Shown: piece by piece, positions 24,999 through 37,635 of the stretch | Layout: every line of letters begins with the position of its first letter | Position numbering within the stretch: position 1 is the stretch's first letter | Assembly: GCA_964016885.1 (NCBI GenBank) | Contig: OZ024744.1 | Location: 72,726,001-72,790,000, forward strand | DNA length: 64,000 nucleotides | Reading direction: 5' to 3' | DNA from: Eledone cirrhosa | Taxonomy: Eukaryota | Made by a program: the position numbers and the translations under genes | The notes under the pieces: generated by a model | Told to the model about the DNA's origin: nothing | The model's database searches: none | What the model saw: only the letters and a program-made list of their open reading frames with translations

Positions 24999-25967
24999 TT
25001 TGCTCTACGGTTCTTATATATTTGATATATATTTATCCTTATCGAGCCCTCTTTGGATTTTAGTCTTCATATTTATTATTATTACTATATATATATATAT
25101 ATATAAACTAATGTGTACAATTATAATATCATGTTGCAGCATTAAAAGAACACTTATAGCCTACAGCAGCCCCAAATGTACTGCCCCCATAAAAGTGTTA
25201 CCCAGGGCGGACCAACCCCCTTGCCGCCCTCTAGATATGCTACTGAGCCATATCACACAACTGACAACATACACCATTGTTTTGGGAGCATCCTGGATAA
25301 AATGCCAAAATCTGCATTCACCATTATGAGATGGTGTTGATGTCCCTCTTGATTATGACATTTCCAAACTATAAATACTGGTAATGTTTCCCATCTGTTG
25401 CCAGTAGTGATAGACATTAGCTGAGAGAGTGAGAGAGAGGGTGGAGGAAGGGAGAGATAGTAGTGAACAAGTCTGGTATATTATCCATAAAGTTGGAAGG
25501 AGAGACTATCCACACCATGCAATTTGTCCATGACACAACCACTCATTACTAACAATATTTCAACTCCTGTTATTGTTCTCTTTTCTTTTGGTACACTACT
25601 TTTTCTACTGAGAGCTGTGTGATAGTGTTGAGCTAGTTACTAATGTTTACTGTCCTTAAACATTTAGAAAATTGCATACATGTGTCTGAAATTGAATAGT
25701 ACATGCATATTGTGGTCCATCAAAATCTTAAAATTCCAGTCCTTCACAAGCACTATTGAGTGGGTGTCCCCCAAAATGACTCTAGGCACCCCAAGAAGTC
25801 CAGCCACCCTGTCTCTGTCAGGGTATAAATAGCTGTTAATCTGAAGGCACTGGCTTTGCTGTTGTTCATGCTCTTGGACTATTAATTTAGCTTCTGGGTC
25901 CAGGAATCATTGAAGAATCAAGAATCATTAATAATTGTTTCTACTTAATCATTAATAATTGTTTCTT

Positions 25968-26357
25968 AAGGGCGGGGGATTGGCAGTATTGGTAGAGAGT
26001 CAGGCACCATGCTTTGCAGCATAGAGTTACGGCCCTTTGCGGTCTGAGTTCAAATCCTGCCGAGGTTAACTTTGCCTTTCATCCTTACGGGGTCGATAAA
26101 ATAAAGCATCAGTAATGCACTGGGGTCCATTTAATCGACTTTCCCTTCTCCTTCAAATTGTGCTTATACTAGAAATCATTAATAATTTTCTACTTTTGGC
26201 ATAAGGCCAGCAATTACCCCAGTGCATTACTGATGCTTTATTTTATCAACCTCATACGGATGAAAGGCAAAGTTAACCTCGGCGGGAGTTAAAATCATAA
26301 CGTAAAGGGCCATAACTCTATGTTGCAAAGCATGGTATCTGACGCTAACCGGTACTG
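25968..26357. mobile_element. Tail-to-tail pair of family A SINEs
   Basis: Plus copy 25968-26180 and minus copy 26180-26357. Confidence 0.85.
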
Positions 26358-26656
26358 TAATAATTGTTTCTACTTTAGGCACAAGGCCAGCAATTACCCA
26401 GTGGATTGTAATAATGTATTTTATTTGTAGTCAGGCAAACAAGATAGTGTGAAAATAGAATGAAAGTAAGTGGAAGGGTGAGGTGTTTATCATACTGTCC
26501 AGTGGTATGTATGATAACTTGTCATTCGTTTCTGGATGGATGGATGGATGCTCAGATGGTAAAAATGAGTTGTGCCCACACTGGTACCAAACTATATCAG
26601 CCTTTGCCTTTCCCTTAGACAACAATGGTTACCTCCTGATATACATCGGGAATCCA

Positions 26657-26692
<36 letters not shown>

Positions 26693-26719
26693 GGTTTTGA
26701 ATTTGTTTTGCGAGATTTC

Positions 26720-27167
26720 TTATCATTATCATCATCGTTTAACGTCCATCTTCCACGCTTGCATGGGTTTGGACGGGAATTTTCCCACTTGAGGCAAGAT
26801 TGGTTGTCTTGCTCGTATAGGACTGTCTGGCGGGTTTTCTACGGCTGGATGCCGTTCCTAACACCAACCACGTTTACAGTGTGGGACTGGGAGGTTTTTA
26901 CCGTGTTACATACACGGCCACATTACAGCGTGGACTGTGTGTTTTTTTGTCATGACACCTACACGACCTCATTTATTTAGGACTGGATGTTGTGGTACCA
27001 ACATAACTTTACATCGAAAGGGGGTGGTGTGGATGGGGTGGGGGTAGTGGGACGGGGGTGTATTTTGGTAAGAGGTACCTACTGACTGTAGGTTTCGCTT
27101 TGCACTTAGGCAAGGCGGGTCTTCTGTATTACTGCGTAGCGCCAAAGATCTCGGTCCAGTGACATTG
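26720..27167 (-). mobile_element. RTE 3' end fragment inserted in the TA tract of an older repeat
   Basis: Nearly identical to 17664-18115. Confidence 0.88.
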
Positions 27168-27623
27168 TATATATATATATATTAAGCTAAGTCCATGAAT
27201 TTAGACCTTAAAATAAATAACAGTGGAAGAATTAAAATGTGAGTGAACTAGTTAAGGTGGCAGGTACCATTTGACCAAATAGAAAAGGCAAATGATAAAA
27301 AACAAGAGACCAATATACAAGTTTTTATTTTGTGATGACCAGGAGAAAATTTTCAATAATGATAATTACATGTTTAGTCACAGGCAAACTCTGAAAGAAC
27401 AGACCTATGATCAAAGGCTTTTACATCCATGACCAACTCTGTCATATGGGTATACACATACACATATTAATGAGGTAGAGATTCAGCTTTGCATCGAGTA
27501 CTACTCTGAATTGTGGTTTTCCCATTCCTCATACTGCAGACATTCTATATATATACACATACATAAAACAGAGTTTTGTAGCTTGCTTGAAGCATTGTTG
27601 AATAGGAAACAAATTTAAATAAT

Positions 27624-27993
27624 TTTGAAAACCAAACAATACATTAGAAAGGAAATTAAATTGCTAAGATAACAAAAGAATCTTACCTTAGCAAATTTAA
27701 TGATCCCAAATATTTTGGGCTTTAAAAACCCATTATCAAGGGCGTATCCCTAGGAGAGACTTAAAGGATCATTCGGAGTTGACTTGTTTGGAAGGCAGAT
27801 TTTTAAAAAAACTTAAATTTGGCTTATAAACAAGTCAACTCCAATCGATCCTTTAAGTCTCTCCTAGATATACTCCCTTGATAATGGGTTTTTAAACCCG
27901 AAAATATTTGGGATCATTAAATTTGCTAAGGTAAGATTCTTTTGTTATCTTAGCAATTTAATTTTCTTTCTAATGCATTGTTTGGTTTTCAAA
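27624..27993. mobile_element. Fold-back element (arms 27624-27789 and 27828-27993) containing an HHR
   Basis: About 165-bp inverted arms ending at (TA)n. Confidence 0.85.
27874..27913 (+). ncRNA. Minimal hammerhead with U3-A8 variant core
   Basis: TCCC-TTGATAA-t-GGGTTT-tt-AAACCC-GAAA-A-TA-T-TT/GGGA; palindromic AATATT stem III. Confidence 0.7.
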
Positions 27994-28035
27994 GTTATAT
28001 ATATATATATATAAAATTCCGTCATTGCGTTAACA

Positions 28036-28126
28036 GAGGTCTGATGAGCCCTTGATTCTAGAGTCAGGCCTGATTGATACAGATTGAATCTGGAGCTGAT
28101 CAATCGTGAAACGCGCATCACACCTC
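28036..28126 (+). ncRNA. Hammerhead-like motif with branched extended stem II
   Basis: GAGGT-CTGATGA-(60 nt, two hairpins)-GAAAC-GCGC-ATC/AC-ACCTC, then AATAAA. Confidence 0.7.
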
Positions 28127-28447
28127 AATAAACGTAATGAAAATTTGACACTCCATCCATATTGTTATTATTATTACACACTGCTTAGTAACTCTAAGTA
28201 CATACTGAAGACTATGCATCGAGTGGTTTTTTTTTGGTGAACCTACAGGAACTTGACTTTACAATTGCTAAACTATATATGTATAAGACTGCATTATCTA
28301 ATGTACACTTGCCTCATTTAAGATGTAAAGTCTCCATCATTTATCCACTAAAGATGAGTTAAATTTCCTCGGAGTAAAAATAATGGAAGAATCAATTTTG
28401 CTGCTTAAAATATACCAAAAAAACTGTTAACTTTACTTTCTATTTAT

Positions 28448-28575
28448 CATTTGTTTCTTCATGTTAAAATTTTCATTGCATTATCTATGACCTGGCCATT
28501 GACACACCCATAGAACGGTGTGAGTGGCCAGGTCATAGATAGTGCAACAACAGTTTTAACACCAGGAAACAAATG
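28448..28575. repeat. Imperfect hairpin with ~60-bp arms
   Basis: TTGCATTATCTATGACCTGGCCA versus TGGCCAGGTCATAGATAGTGCAA, plus outer CATTTGTTTC/GAAACAAATG. Confidence 0.8.
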
Positions 28576-28899
28576 TCGTAAGTTAAGAGTTTTTGTGTGT
28601 TTTTTTAAATGGCTAAAATGACTCTTCCATGCAGTAATTGTTTTAGTTTCAACACACGTTCTCAGATCAAGTCACTTGCCAAACAAGTACAACCCCCAAC
28701 AAAAAATACGAATTTTTTAATTTTTTAATTCTTTCATAGCTACCATCTTACAGCATAGGTTTCAACAGTCTTTTATCACCCACTCATACTTTCTGTCTCC
28801 AGTTCTTTAGTCATTACATGCACTACTGATAATTACCATATGTTTTTTTGCAGCTTCATATTTTTCTCCCTCTATTACCAGCTTTACTCTTCTTGCCTC

Positions 28900-29210
28900 A
28901 GTGCTTCTTTTCTTTTCTTTTTCTTTTTTTGTTCCTTTCTTTCTTTCTTTCTTACTTTCTTTCTCCTGTTGTTGTTACTACTACTACTACTACTACTACT
29001 ACTACATCCACCATCACCACACCACCACCACTGTCACCACTGCCACCACTACTACTACTACTAATAATAATAATAATAATAATAACACCGCAACCACTCC
29101 CACCTTTGACAACCTCCACCGACTGCCCACCTTCACCGACCCACCACCGCTTTCATCACCTTCACCATCACATAACTGCTGCTGTTGCAACTACTAATGA
29201 TTATGATGAA
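28900..29210. repeat. Compound low-complexity tract (TTTC, CTA, CAC, TAA)
   Basis: Direct inspection. Confidence 0.9.
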
Positions 29211-29684
29211 GAGGTAGATAAATACTGAAAACATCCTCCTTAATTAAATTAAGGAGAGAAACTGGCAAAAAAAAAAAAAAGATACTACTAAAGAATTTTT
29301 ACAATTTAGGGAGATTGTTGCAGGTTATCTAATAGCCGTTGTTTAACAACTCTGAAAGATTGCAGGATAATTCTTCACAAAAGAAGATAAAATCAGTTTG
29401 AATAGGTATTAATGCAGTGTGTCAGCACATTTCTTAGATAAGCTAAGCAATCCAGTGTTGTTGAATGCTTGAAAAATATCATGTTTGTTTTTCCATCTCC
29501 TCCAGATCAACTGATAAAAGTTAATAATAATAACCATGAAACATATGTGAGAAATTAAGCTTTTTTGATGTTCAGGCTGAAATAGTAGCATTAGTCAATT
29601 TGAAAACAAAATAAAGATGATGATAATAATAATGCTGATAATAATAATGATGATGATAATAATAATAATAATAATAGTAGTAGT

Positions 29685-29869
29685 AGTAATAATTGTTTCT
29701 ACTTTAGGCACAAGGCCAGCAATAACCCAGTGCATTACTGGTACTTTTATTTTATCGACCCCGTAAGGATGAAAGGCAAAGTCAACCTCGGCGGGATTTG
29801 AACTCAGATCGTAAAGGGACGTAACTATGCTGGAAAGCATGGCGTCCGACCCTCTACCGATACTGCCAA
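29685..29869 (-). mobile_element. Family A SINE
   Basis: Same head and body as 4776-4956; long (TAA)n tail region at 29615-29690. Confidence 0.85.
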
Positions 29870-32800
29870 ATGATTTCATTTATTGGCCACAAGGGCCGAT
29901 ATGTAGTGTACAATACAAAGACAGGGACAGTGGGGGTTTACAATAAGGTCGAGTAAAAGTGCACAATGGCAAGACTAATTTAACAATGAAGATATAAAAA
30001 ATATAAAATAAATTACCCACTAGGGGGGGTGGATGACCCAGTGACTCAGGTACCCCACAAAACCTGAACCACCCAGCGCTTCTAGGGCACCCGTTGAGAG
30101 CATCCCTCTCCTCTTCAAATTAGCCAACCTGTAGGCGCATGGTCAGAGTAGGCCCATTCACACAGGCCATTCACACCACATTCATCCACCTTTTAACAAA
30201 TGTACCTTTTAGCAAATGCACTTCTTTCTCCACCCTCACCTTCCTTTCCAGGTGAAACTTGAAGAAGTTGATGAGGGATTGGCCGAAGAGAAAAGTGTCT
30301 GTTTTCATTTCATTCAATCTGGTTCACCATATAACCTCTTTCGCAACGGCCACCAGACAGAGGAAAAAGAGGAAAATTGCCTGCTCTTCCTGACCTAAGG
30401 AAGGCGGCGGGTCGATCTTCACTATGGACTCGGCCTATAGCCGGATCCATTCTACACGCGACAACAGTTGTTCGACATAACTCCACAAGTAATGCACGGA
30501 CATTGGACAAGTGCATGCAGAACGGTTTCGTCGCTCTGTATGCATATCGGGCAGGTCCGTCTGGCAATACTTCCGTGCCTGTAACGTTTATCCCAAACCG
30601 GCAGTGCCCTCCGGTAGCACTGCCAAGCGAGGGATTTCTGGAAGTTATCCATCGTCCCCAGCTCGAAAGTCCTCCGGAACAGACTGGTTAGTTCGACTTC
30701 GTCGACGGCCAGAGCCTCTCCGAGTGCGTCATCGCATTTGCCCACCACTAATCCTCTATAGAACTTGAGAGTGGAAGTTCCATTGATCGCATTGCCTGCT
30801 TGGGCAATGCGGGCAGTGAGTGCCTGGCAACATTCCAGGTGCTAGTCACCCAGTCTCGGTCTCTTCTTGACCCAGGACTGCATCTCAGTCAAAGAAATGA
30901 GCTGCGCAAAGGCCCGTCTGATAAACGGCGACCACAAATATCTGGAGATGTCGCAGCCTCAATGCATGTCTGTGCATTATTAGCCACGGCATGCCCAGCC
31001 CTCCGCGTAGAGGGTGCTGACAACAGATAGACTGCCTCAGCAAAGGGATTTGTCCTCTCCACAAGAAGTTGAAGAGGAGCTGTTCTAATTTGGCGAGGTG
31101 CAGACGGGGGGCAAGGCACGACGGTCAGAGAGTAGTAGATGACGGACGTGATGTACGCATTTGCCACCTCCATCCGACCTTTCAGTGATAGCTTTCTGCA
31201 GCCCATTTTTGGGTTAGACTGGCTACCCTGCTTGTTAACTCATCCCATTCTTTTCTACCTGGAGGTATAGTCAGAACCAAACCCTGAACAACTTTACCCG
31301 TTCGTCCATCCAGCGCCCCACGGCAATGTTGGACGGCATGGACTTGCCTTTCCAGGTGCCGAGCTGCAAACGCAACAACTTTTCTGGGTTAAGTTTTGCT
31401 CCTGTCAACCTTTCATATTCCTTCAATAAGGTGCCAACCACCTCAGTGTCCAACACCATCACGGTGATGTCGTCCGCATAAGCCGACACAGCCTTTCTGC
31501 ATCCCGGTTCGAGCGGGATGCCCTGCAAGAACTCCAGCTTCTGCAGTAAGGGTTGGAGAGTCAATATGTACAGAAGGGAGGAGAGAGGGCACTCTTGACG
31601 GACCGATCGAGACTCGAAACGGTTCCGAGAGGTGGCCATTAACCTTGCCCACCGAGCAGATGCCGCTGTGCATTGCACCGATCCAGCTTCTGAAGACAGG
31701 GCTGGAGCCAGCTGCTTTGAGGACAGCCTCCAGGTACCGATGTCGACCCTATCAAATGCTTTCGATTGATCTAAATTGATCACCGCATGAGGTGGAGGTT
31801 ATCGTGTATGGACTTGGCTGGTATTGAGCAAGTTTGCACCTCCACAACCAAATCCTCGACAACAAGCGCCAACCTCTTTGCTAACACCTTGGCCAAAATC
31901 TTAAACTCTGTGTTGAGCAGTTATGGGCCTGAAGTTGTCTAATGTATCCCTCTTGTTCTCGTCTTTGCTTATCAGTGTCAGCTCTCTCCTGCTCACAGAA
32001 CTGGGAATACTCCCATTGTTACCAGTTGCAGTAGAGCGCTTCGAGGAGATCGGAGAACAAGTCTGACATATTTACGTTAAGCTCGTAGGGCAGACCATCC
32101 AAATCAGGTGACTTGCACCTTGTGCAACTGACAAGGGCATCCTGAATTTCGGCTGAAGTAATCGGTCTTTCGCAGCGTTCAGCATCGACCGTCGAGATGT
32201 GTGGCAAGCCGTCAAGGTAGGGACTGAAGTCCGCCACCGTCTCTGACCCGCCACTCTCCCCGAACAACCAAGCAAAGTGCTGGCAAAAGGCCTCACAGAT
32301 CTGCTTGGAATCGCTTAGCTCGTGTCCGTCTCGGTCTGTCAAAGACCAAATTATGGTTTTATTACCACACTGTGCCTTCGCCACACAGGCCCATAAACAG
32401 CTTTGGTTCCCTCATTTCTTAGAGCACACAACTTAGCTCTGACAATGTAACCTTTGTGTTTCGCTTTGAAGAAATGATCTAATGCCGTTCTTGCAGCTAG
32501 CGCGTCAGTTGTAATGCCACTACAAATAGCATCATCTAACTTATCTACCAACTCCTCCTCCTTTCTATTTTTCTCTAACGCTACTTCTTTGCTAAACCCT
32601 ATGGAAGTTACTCTAATCTCTCTTTTGAGAGACTCCCCCCACCATTTGTTGTTGATGATCCCCCCTGTCAACTTTTGCTTAACAAAATTGTTGACTCGGT
32701 CCCTGTAAGCCTTATGTGCCAGAAATGACATGTTCAGCTTCCTGTAACCAGGTCCCAACCTACGTGTTTTATCTAGGTCAACTATACAGATCACAAATTT

Positions 32801-35070
32801 GTGATCTAAAAAGGCGACCGTTTTAAAACGTGGGCAGCCTACACTATTTCTATCTATTTTCCTAATGAAGATCCTGTCTATATAAGATCTAGATGACCCT
32901 ATGCGGTTGGTCCACCTCCACATTGGTGCATTGGGGAAATCTAGTCAGTACCTGTCAGACAGTTGGAGCTGGCTGATCAGGTGCTTGAGGCTTTTGCATC
33001 CCCTGCTCCTATCAGCTACTTCCACACAATCGCAGTGTGTATCTAAGATGCCGTTCCAGTCCCCCGCTAACAGTAAAGGGTGAGACGTACCCAGAAAGGC
33101 TGCCAGGCGTCTAAAGAAATCCAGTTGTCTGGCCCTGGTAGGGGTGTAGACGGCTAGCAGTCTAAAGGCACCATCTTCGCTATTGTTCACATCCAGGACC
33201 ACCAACTTACCGTCCGGGTCCCAGAAGATCGACCTTACCTTGAGATCCAGGCCTTTCCTAAACAGCACTGCCACCCCACCTCCCATTCCTGGCCTGCTAA
33301 CAGATGCGAAGATCTGATAATCGTCGAAAATAAGGGCTAGTGCGCGCGTGTGTCACAAATCCTGGTCTCGCTGATGGCATTCACATCCATTTCCAGGTTG
33401 TTGAGCAGGTTACCCTGCTTCCAGGGTGATCTCAGACCACGAACATTTAAACTTCCCACATTTGATATGGCCATGTTGGCAAGCTAAAAGAGAGAGGGAA
33501 GGTTTACTTATGTCCCAGGGTATTGTGAAGGTCGGGTGGTTCGACATCCATGGTTGGTGGGGTTTCTTTTGGGAACCCTTTTAAAAGTCTCGATGTGGGT
33601 TTCACGTTCGGGTTTCCCACGTCCTGAGGATAGCTCTCTCGAATTTCTTTGGAGGAACCGAGTCACATTCGTACCAGGAACAAATCTTCTGGCATGCAAA
33701 ATATGCCCAATTAAAAGACCCTCCCATCCCCCTCTCTGTTTGAATGTCCTTGCTTCCTGCTAAGAGGGCTATCAATTTCCCATTGGCCCTTCTGACACAC
33801 ACAAAATTTTTAATTTTTTGTTGGTGTGGTTTTATTTGTTTTCGTTTCAGTGACTGTGCTGATGTTTTTGTTGGTGTTGTTTCGAGTATGCCCGTGTTTG
33901 TTGTAGGTGTGGTGTCTGCAATTTCAGGTGTCTGTGTGTTTAATTGTTCTTGTGTTTCTTTAGGTTTTTTTCCGGTTAGGGGGTTGTGAAGGTGGTGTCG
34001 ATGTTGATGTTATTTGGGAAGTGTTTGCGTTGGTGGTATCTCTATTTTTTGTTTTTGATGTTTTTGTGTTTTGTGGGGGCTTTATTTTGTGAGTTTTCTC
34101 TTTTGCTTTGTGGCACTTTTGGGTTTTACTTCATCTTCACTACTGGAAGACAAAGGGTCTGTGCTTAATAGCAAGGGCCTCGATTTTGAACCGTACCGAG
34201 ATGGTACCGAACTGCTTGGCCAATGCACTTTAAAGTAGCCTCGACCTCTGCCTGGCTGGCGAGTTCCACTTTACATGTCTGCACTGAAATGCATCGAAAG
34301 TACACCGTCCTCCTTTACATGGTTGCTATTGCCTCGTCCGGGATGGTTAGATTGGCCCAGGACTTCCCGCATTTAATTAACCTCCACGCCTGGGCCAACT
34401 GTTGTTCCTTATCACTGATACCTATGTTAAAAAAGTACCGTGTTTTGGCTGCTGCTCGTACAAATGTGGCGCTTCCATTGAGCTTGTTGTTGCTCTCATT
34501 GTTATTCTTGTTGTTGGTGTTGTCGTTCTTGCTGTTGTTGTTGTTCTTGTTGTTTTGTTTGCTCTTGCTACCATTATTAGTGTTTATATTGAGGCTGTTG
34601 GTATTATTGTCGTTGCTTTTCTTGGTTGTTGTTGTGGTGGTGGTAGTGGTGGTGCTGAGGTCGGTTGGAGGTGATACAGTGTTGTTAACCGCTGCCTTGT
34701 TTTGTGTTTTGTTTTTACATTCAGGAGAGTGGACCACAGACATGTCGGTGGTAGTAATAGTAGTAGTAGTGGAAGCTGTAGTGGCTGTTTATGACCTTTT
34801 GACCTGTATATTGTTTAATGTTTCAAGGTGGAAATTTTCCATATTTTTGGGGGTAACGATTTTTTCGAAGTTTTTTTTAAAATAAATCGGAATATTTGGG
34901 TTTAAAGCCCGAATATTGAGAGGTCTCTTCTCCTTGGAACCAAGGTGGTTACCTTATGCTACGTTATCGAAAAGAAAATACACAAAACGATACTTTAAAA
35001 CAGCTTAAAATTACGAACCTTTTCTCCTGCAGACTTGTAATGTTTTCACACATGTGCGTCCATAATAATT
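29870..35070 (-). mobile_element. Tx1/L1-clade LINE, near full length and decayed (ORF1 ~34.2-34.9 kb; ORF2 from 33474)
   Basis: ORF2 begins MAISNVGSLNVRGL. APE motifs GGGVAVLF, LAGDWN, SYIDRIF, DHK; RT motifs [36 protein letters not shown]; AATAAA at the 3' end. Many frameshifts; 5' boundary approximate. Confidence 0.88.
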
Positions 35071-35072
35071 GT

Positions 35073-35450
35073 TTCTACTTTTGGCACAAGGCCAGCAATT
35101 ACCCAGTACATTACTGGTACTTTTATTTTATCGACCCCATAAGGATGAAAGGCAAAGTTAACTTCGGCGGGATTTGAACTCAGAATGGCAAGGGTCGTAA
35201 CTCTATGCGTCAAAGCATGGCGTCCGACCCTCTACCGATACTGCCAAATAATGATAATAATGATTTCTGATTTAGGCACAAGGCCAGTAATTCTTTTGCG
35301 GGGAGGAGCAGGAGAAAGTCGATTAAATCCACCCCAATGTATTACTGGTGCTTTATTTTATCAACCCCATAAGGATGAAAGGCAAAGCTAACCTCAGCAG
35401 GATTTGAAATCAGAACGTAAAGACTGTAATTCTATGCTGCAAAGCATGGT
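35073..35450 (-). mobile_element. Two tandem family A SINEs
   Basis: Copies at 35073-35246 and 35255-35450. Confidence 0.85.
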
Positions 35451-35811
35451 GAAGGTTCATGGTTTAGTGGTTACAGAATTGAATTCACAATCATAATGTT
35501 GTGAGTTTGATTCCAAGGCTGGGCAATGTGTTATGTCCTTGAGCAAGACACTTTATTTCACAATCAATCTGCCAGGTATTGGAACCAGTAGATAGTATCA
35601 GCAATTGGAAAGACCAATGGAAATATTGTTTCCTTGGTCCGATCTGACAAGTTCCACCCCACTCAGTAAGAGAACTGTCATTCATTCCTGGATGGATGGA
35701 TGGATGCTCAGATGGTAAAAATGAGTTGTGTCAACAGTGGTACCAAACTATATCAGTCTTTACCTTTCCCTTAGACAACATTAGCAATCTCCCGTAATAC
35801 ATGGGGAATCC

Positions 35812-35851
<40 letters not shown>

Positions 35852-36450
35852 CATCATCATCATCGTAACATCCATCTTACATGCTAGCATGGGTTGGACG
35901 GGTTTGTCCCACTTGAGACAAGATTGGCAGGTGACCATGTCTCGCTCATACAGAACTGTTTCTGGCAGGTTTTCTACAGCTGGATGCCCTTCTTAACACC
36001 GACCACATTTATATATATTAAGCTAAGCCCATACATTTAAACGTTAACTACAGTTTCTGAATCATTTCGAGGATAATTATCAGAAATGGTCTCTTTATAT
36101 ATAATGATTGTTTGTTTCAAAGACATCTGTTAGGGGAAATATAAAGTCTACAGATCTAGACATCCAGAGATGGGAAAATGTTGCAAGTGTTCGCTCATGC
36201 TGGAGATGTGTATTGTGAAAGGGGATGGAGTAATTGATGCATGATATCAAGGAAAAGCATGCTTGAAGGAATAACAGTGCAGTATCTGTGGAGGAGAGCA
36301 TCTTCAAATGCACACAAGACTGTCACTCCCATGTGGGCCTATACATCCACAACAGATGCTGCACCACCAACAGTAGCTAAAACAAAATTCTTTAGGTATG
36401 AATCCATGGCTCCCTCCCACCTTTGGATATTCAGTTTATTACCACACACA

Positions 36451-36510
<60 letters not shown>

Positions 36511-36512
<2 letters not shown>

Positions 36513-37604
36513 CACAGATGGTTCTATAGAAATAGTGGACAGCTTCCGTTACCTGGGTGGCAAAATCAGCAGTGGGGGAGGGTGCTCTGAAAGTACTGTA
36601 GCTAGAGTCAGAACTGGATGGAAAAAGTTCAGAGAGCTTATACCACTATTAGTCGCTAAAGGGTTCTCCCTAAAAATGAAAGGCAGGTTGTATGATGCCT
36701 GCATACGAACAGCAATGTTGCATGGCAGTGAGACCTGGGCATTGTGTGCAGAGGATATACGCAGACTAGAGAGGAACGAAGCTTGCATGCTCCGCTGGAT
36801 GTGTAAAAGTAATATACGTGAACGGCAAAGCATAAACGAACTAAGGAAAATATTAGAAATAAGAGGGATCAGATGTTGTTTACTCGAGAGAAGGCTACGT
36901 TGGTACGGTCACGTGATGCGCATGAAAGACGACAGCTGTATAACAAAGTGCAGGGCAATAAAGATAGACGGTAGCCATGGAGTAGGCAGACCCAGGAAAA
37001 CCTGGGACGAGCTGATAAATTCCGACCTCACACACTTACACCTCTCCAAGACAATGTCACTGGACCGAGACCTTTGGCGGTACTCAGTAACAGAGAAGAC
37101 CCGCCTTACCTAAATACAAAGTAAAACCTACTAGTCAGTAGGCATCTCTAACAAAATACACCCCCGTCCCACCCCATCCACACCGCCCTCTTCAATGCAA
37201 AGTTATGTTGGTGCCACAACATCCAGGCCGAAACAAATGAGATCGTGTAGGTGTCACGACAAAAAACACAGAGTCCACGCTGTAATGTGGCCGTGTAGGC
37301 AACACGGTAAAAAAACCTCCCAGTCCCACACTGTAAATGTGGTTGCTGTTAGGAAGGGCATCCAGCTGTAGAAAACACGCCAGACAGTCCATGCTGTAAT
37401 GTGGCCGTGTAGGCAACACGGTAAAGACTTCCCACCCCCACACTGTAAATGTGGTTGGTGTTAGGAAGGACATCCAGCTGTAGAAAACCCGCCAGACAGT
37501 CCTATGCGAGCAAGACAACCACTCTTGCCTCAAGTGGGAAAACCCCCGTCCAAACCCATGCAAGCGTGGAACAGGGACGTTAAACGATGATGATGATGAT
37601 GATG

Positions 37605-37605
<1 letters not shown>
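36511..37605 (+). mobile_element. Young 5'-truncated RTE LINE with a duplicated 3'UTR block
   Basis: Open frame from CTDGSIEIVDSFRYLG to KTRLT; near identical to 61862-62460; (GAT)n tail; begins directly after (TA)n. Confidence 0.92.

Positions 37606-37635
<30 letters not shown>

Larger units (their letters stand above)
22499..25245. mobile_element. Possible hAT-type MITE split by nested insertions
   Basis: Ends CAGTGATGTAGCTAGA and TCTAGATATGCTACTG (11/16 inverted match, CAGTGGCGTAGCTAG-like); no TSD seen. Confidence 0.45.

Noticed and set aside
34223-34885. 220-aa hydrophobic plus-strand ORF
   Set aside because: Antisense of the low-complexity ORF1 region of the Tx1-like element.
36040-36090. 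CTGATAA..GAAAC-TGTA-GTT on the minus strand
   Set aside because: C3-A8 mismatch and only 2 bp of stem I; not supportable.
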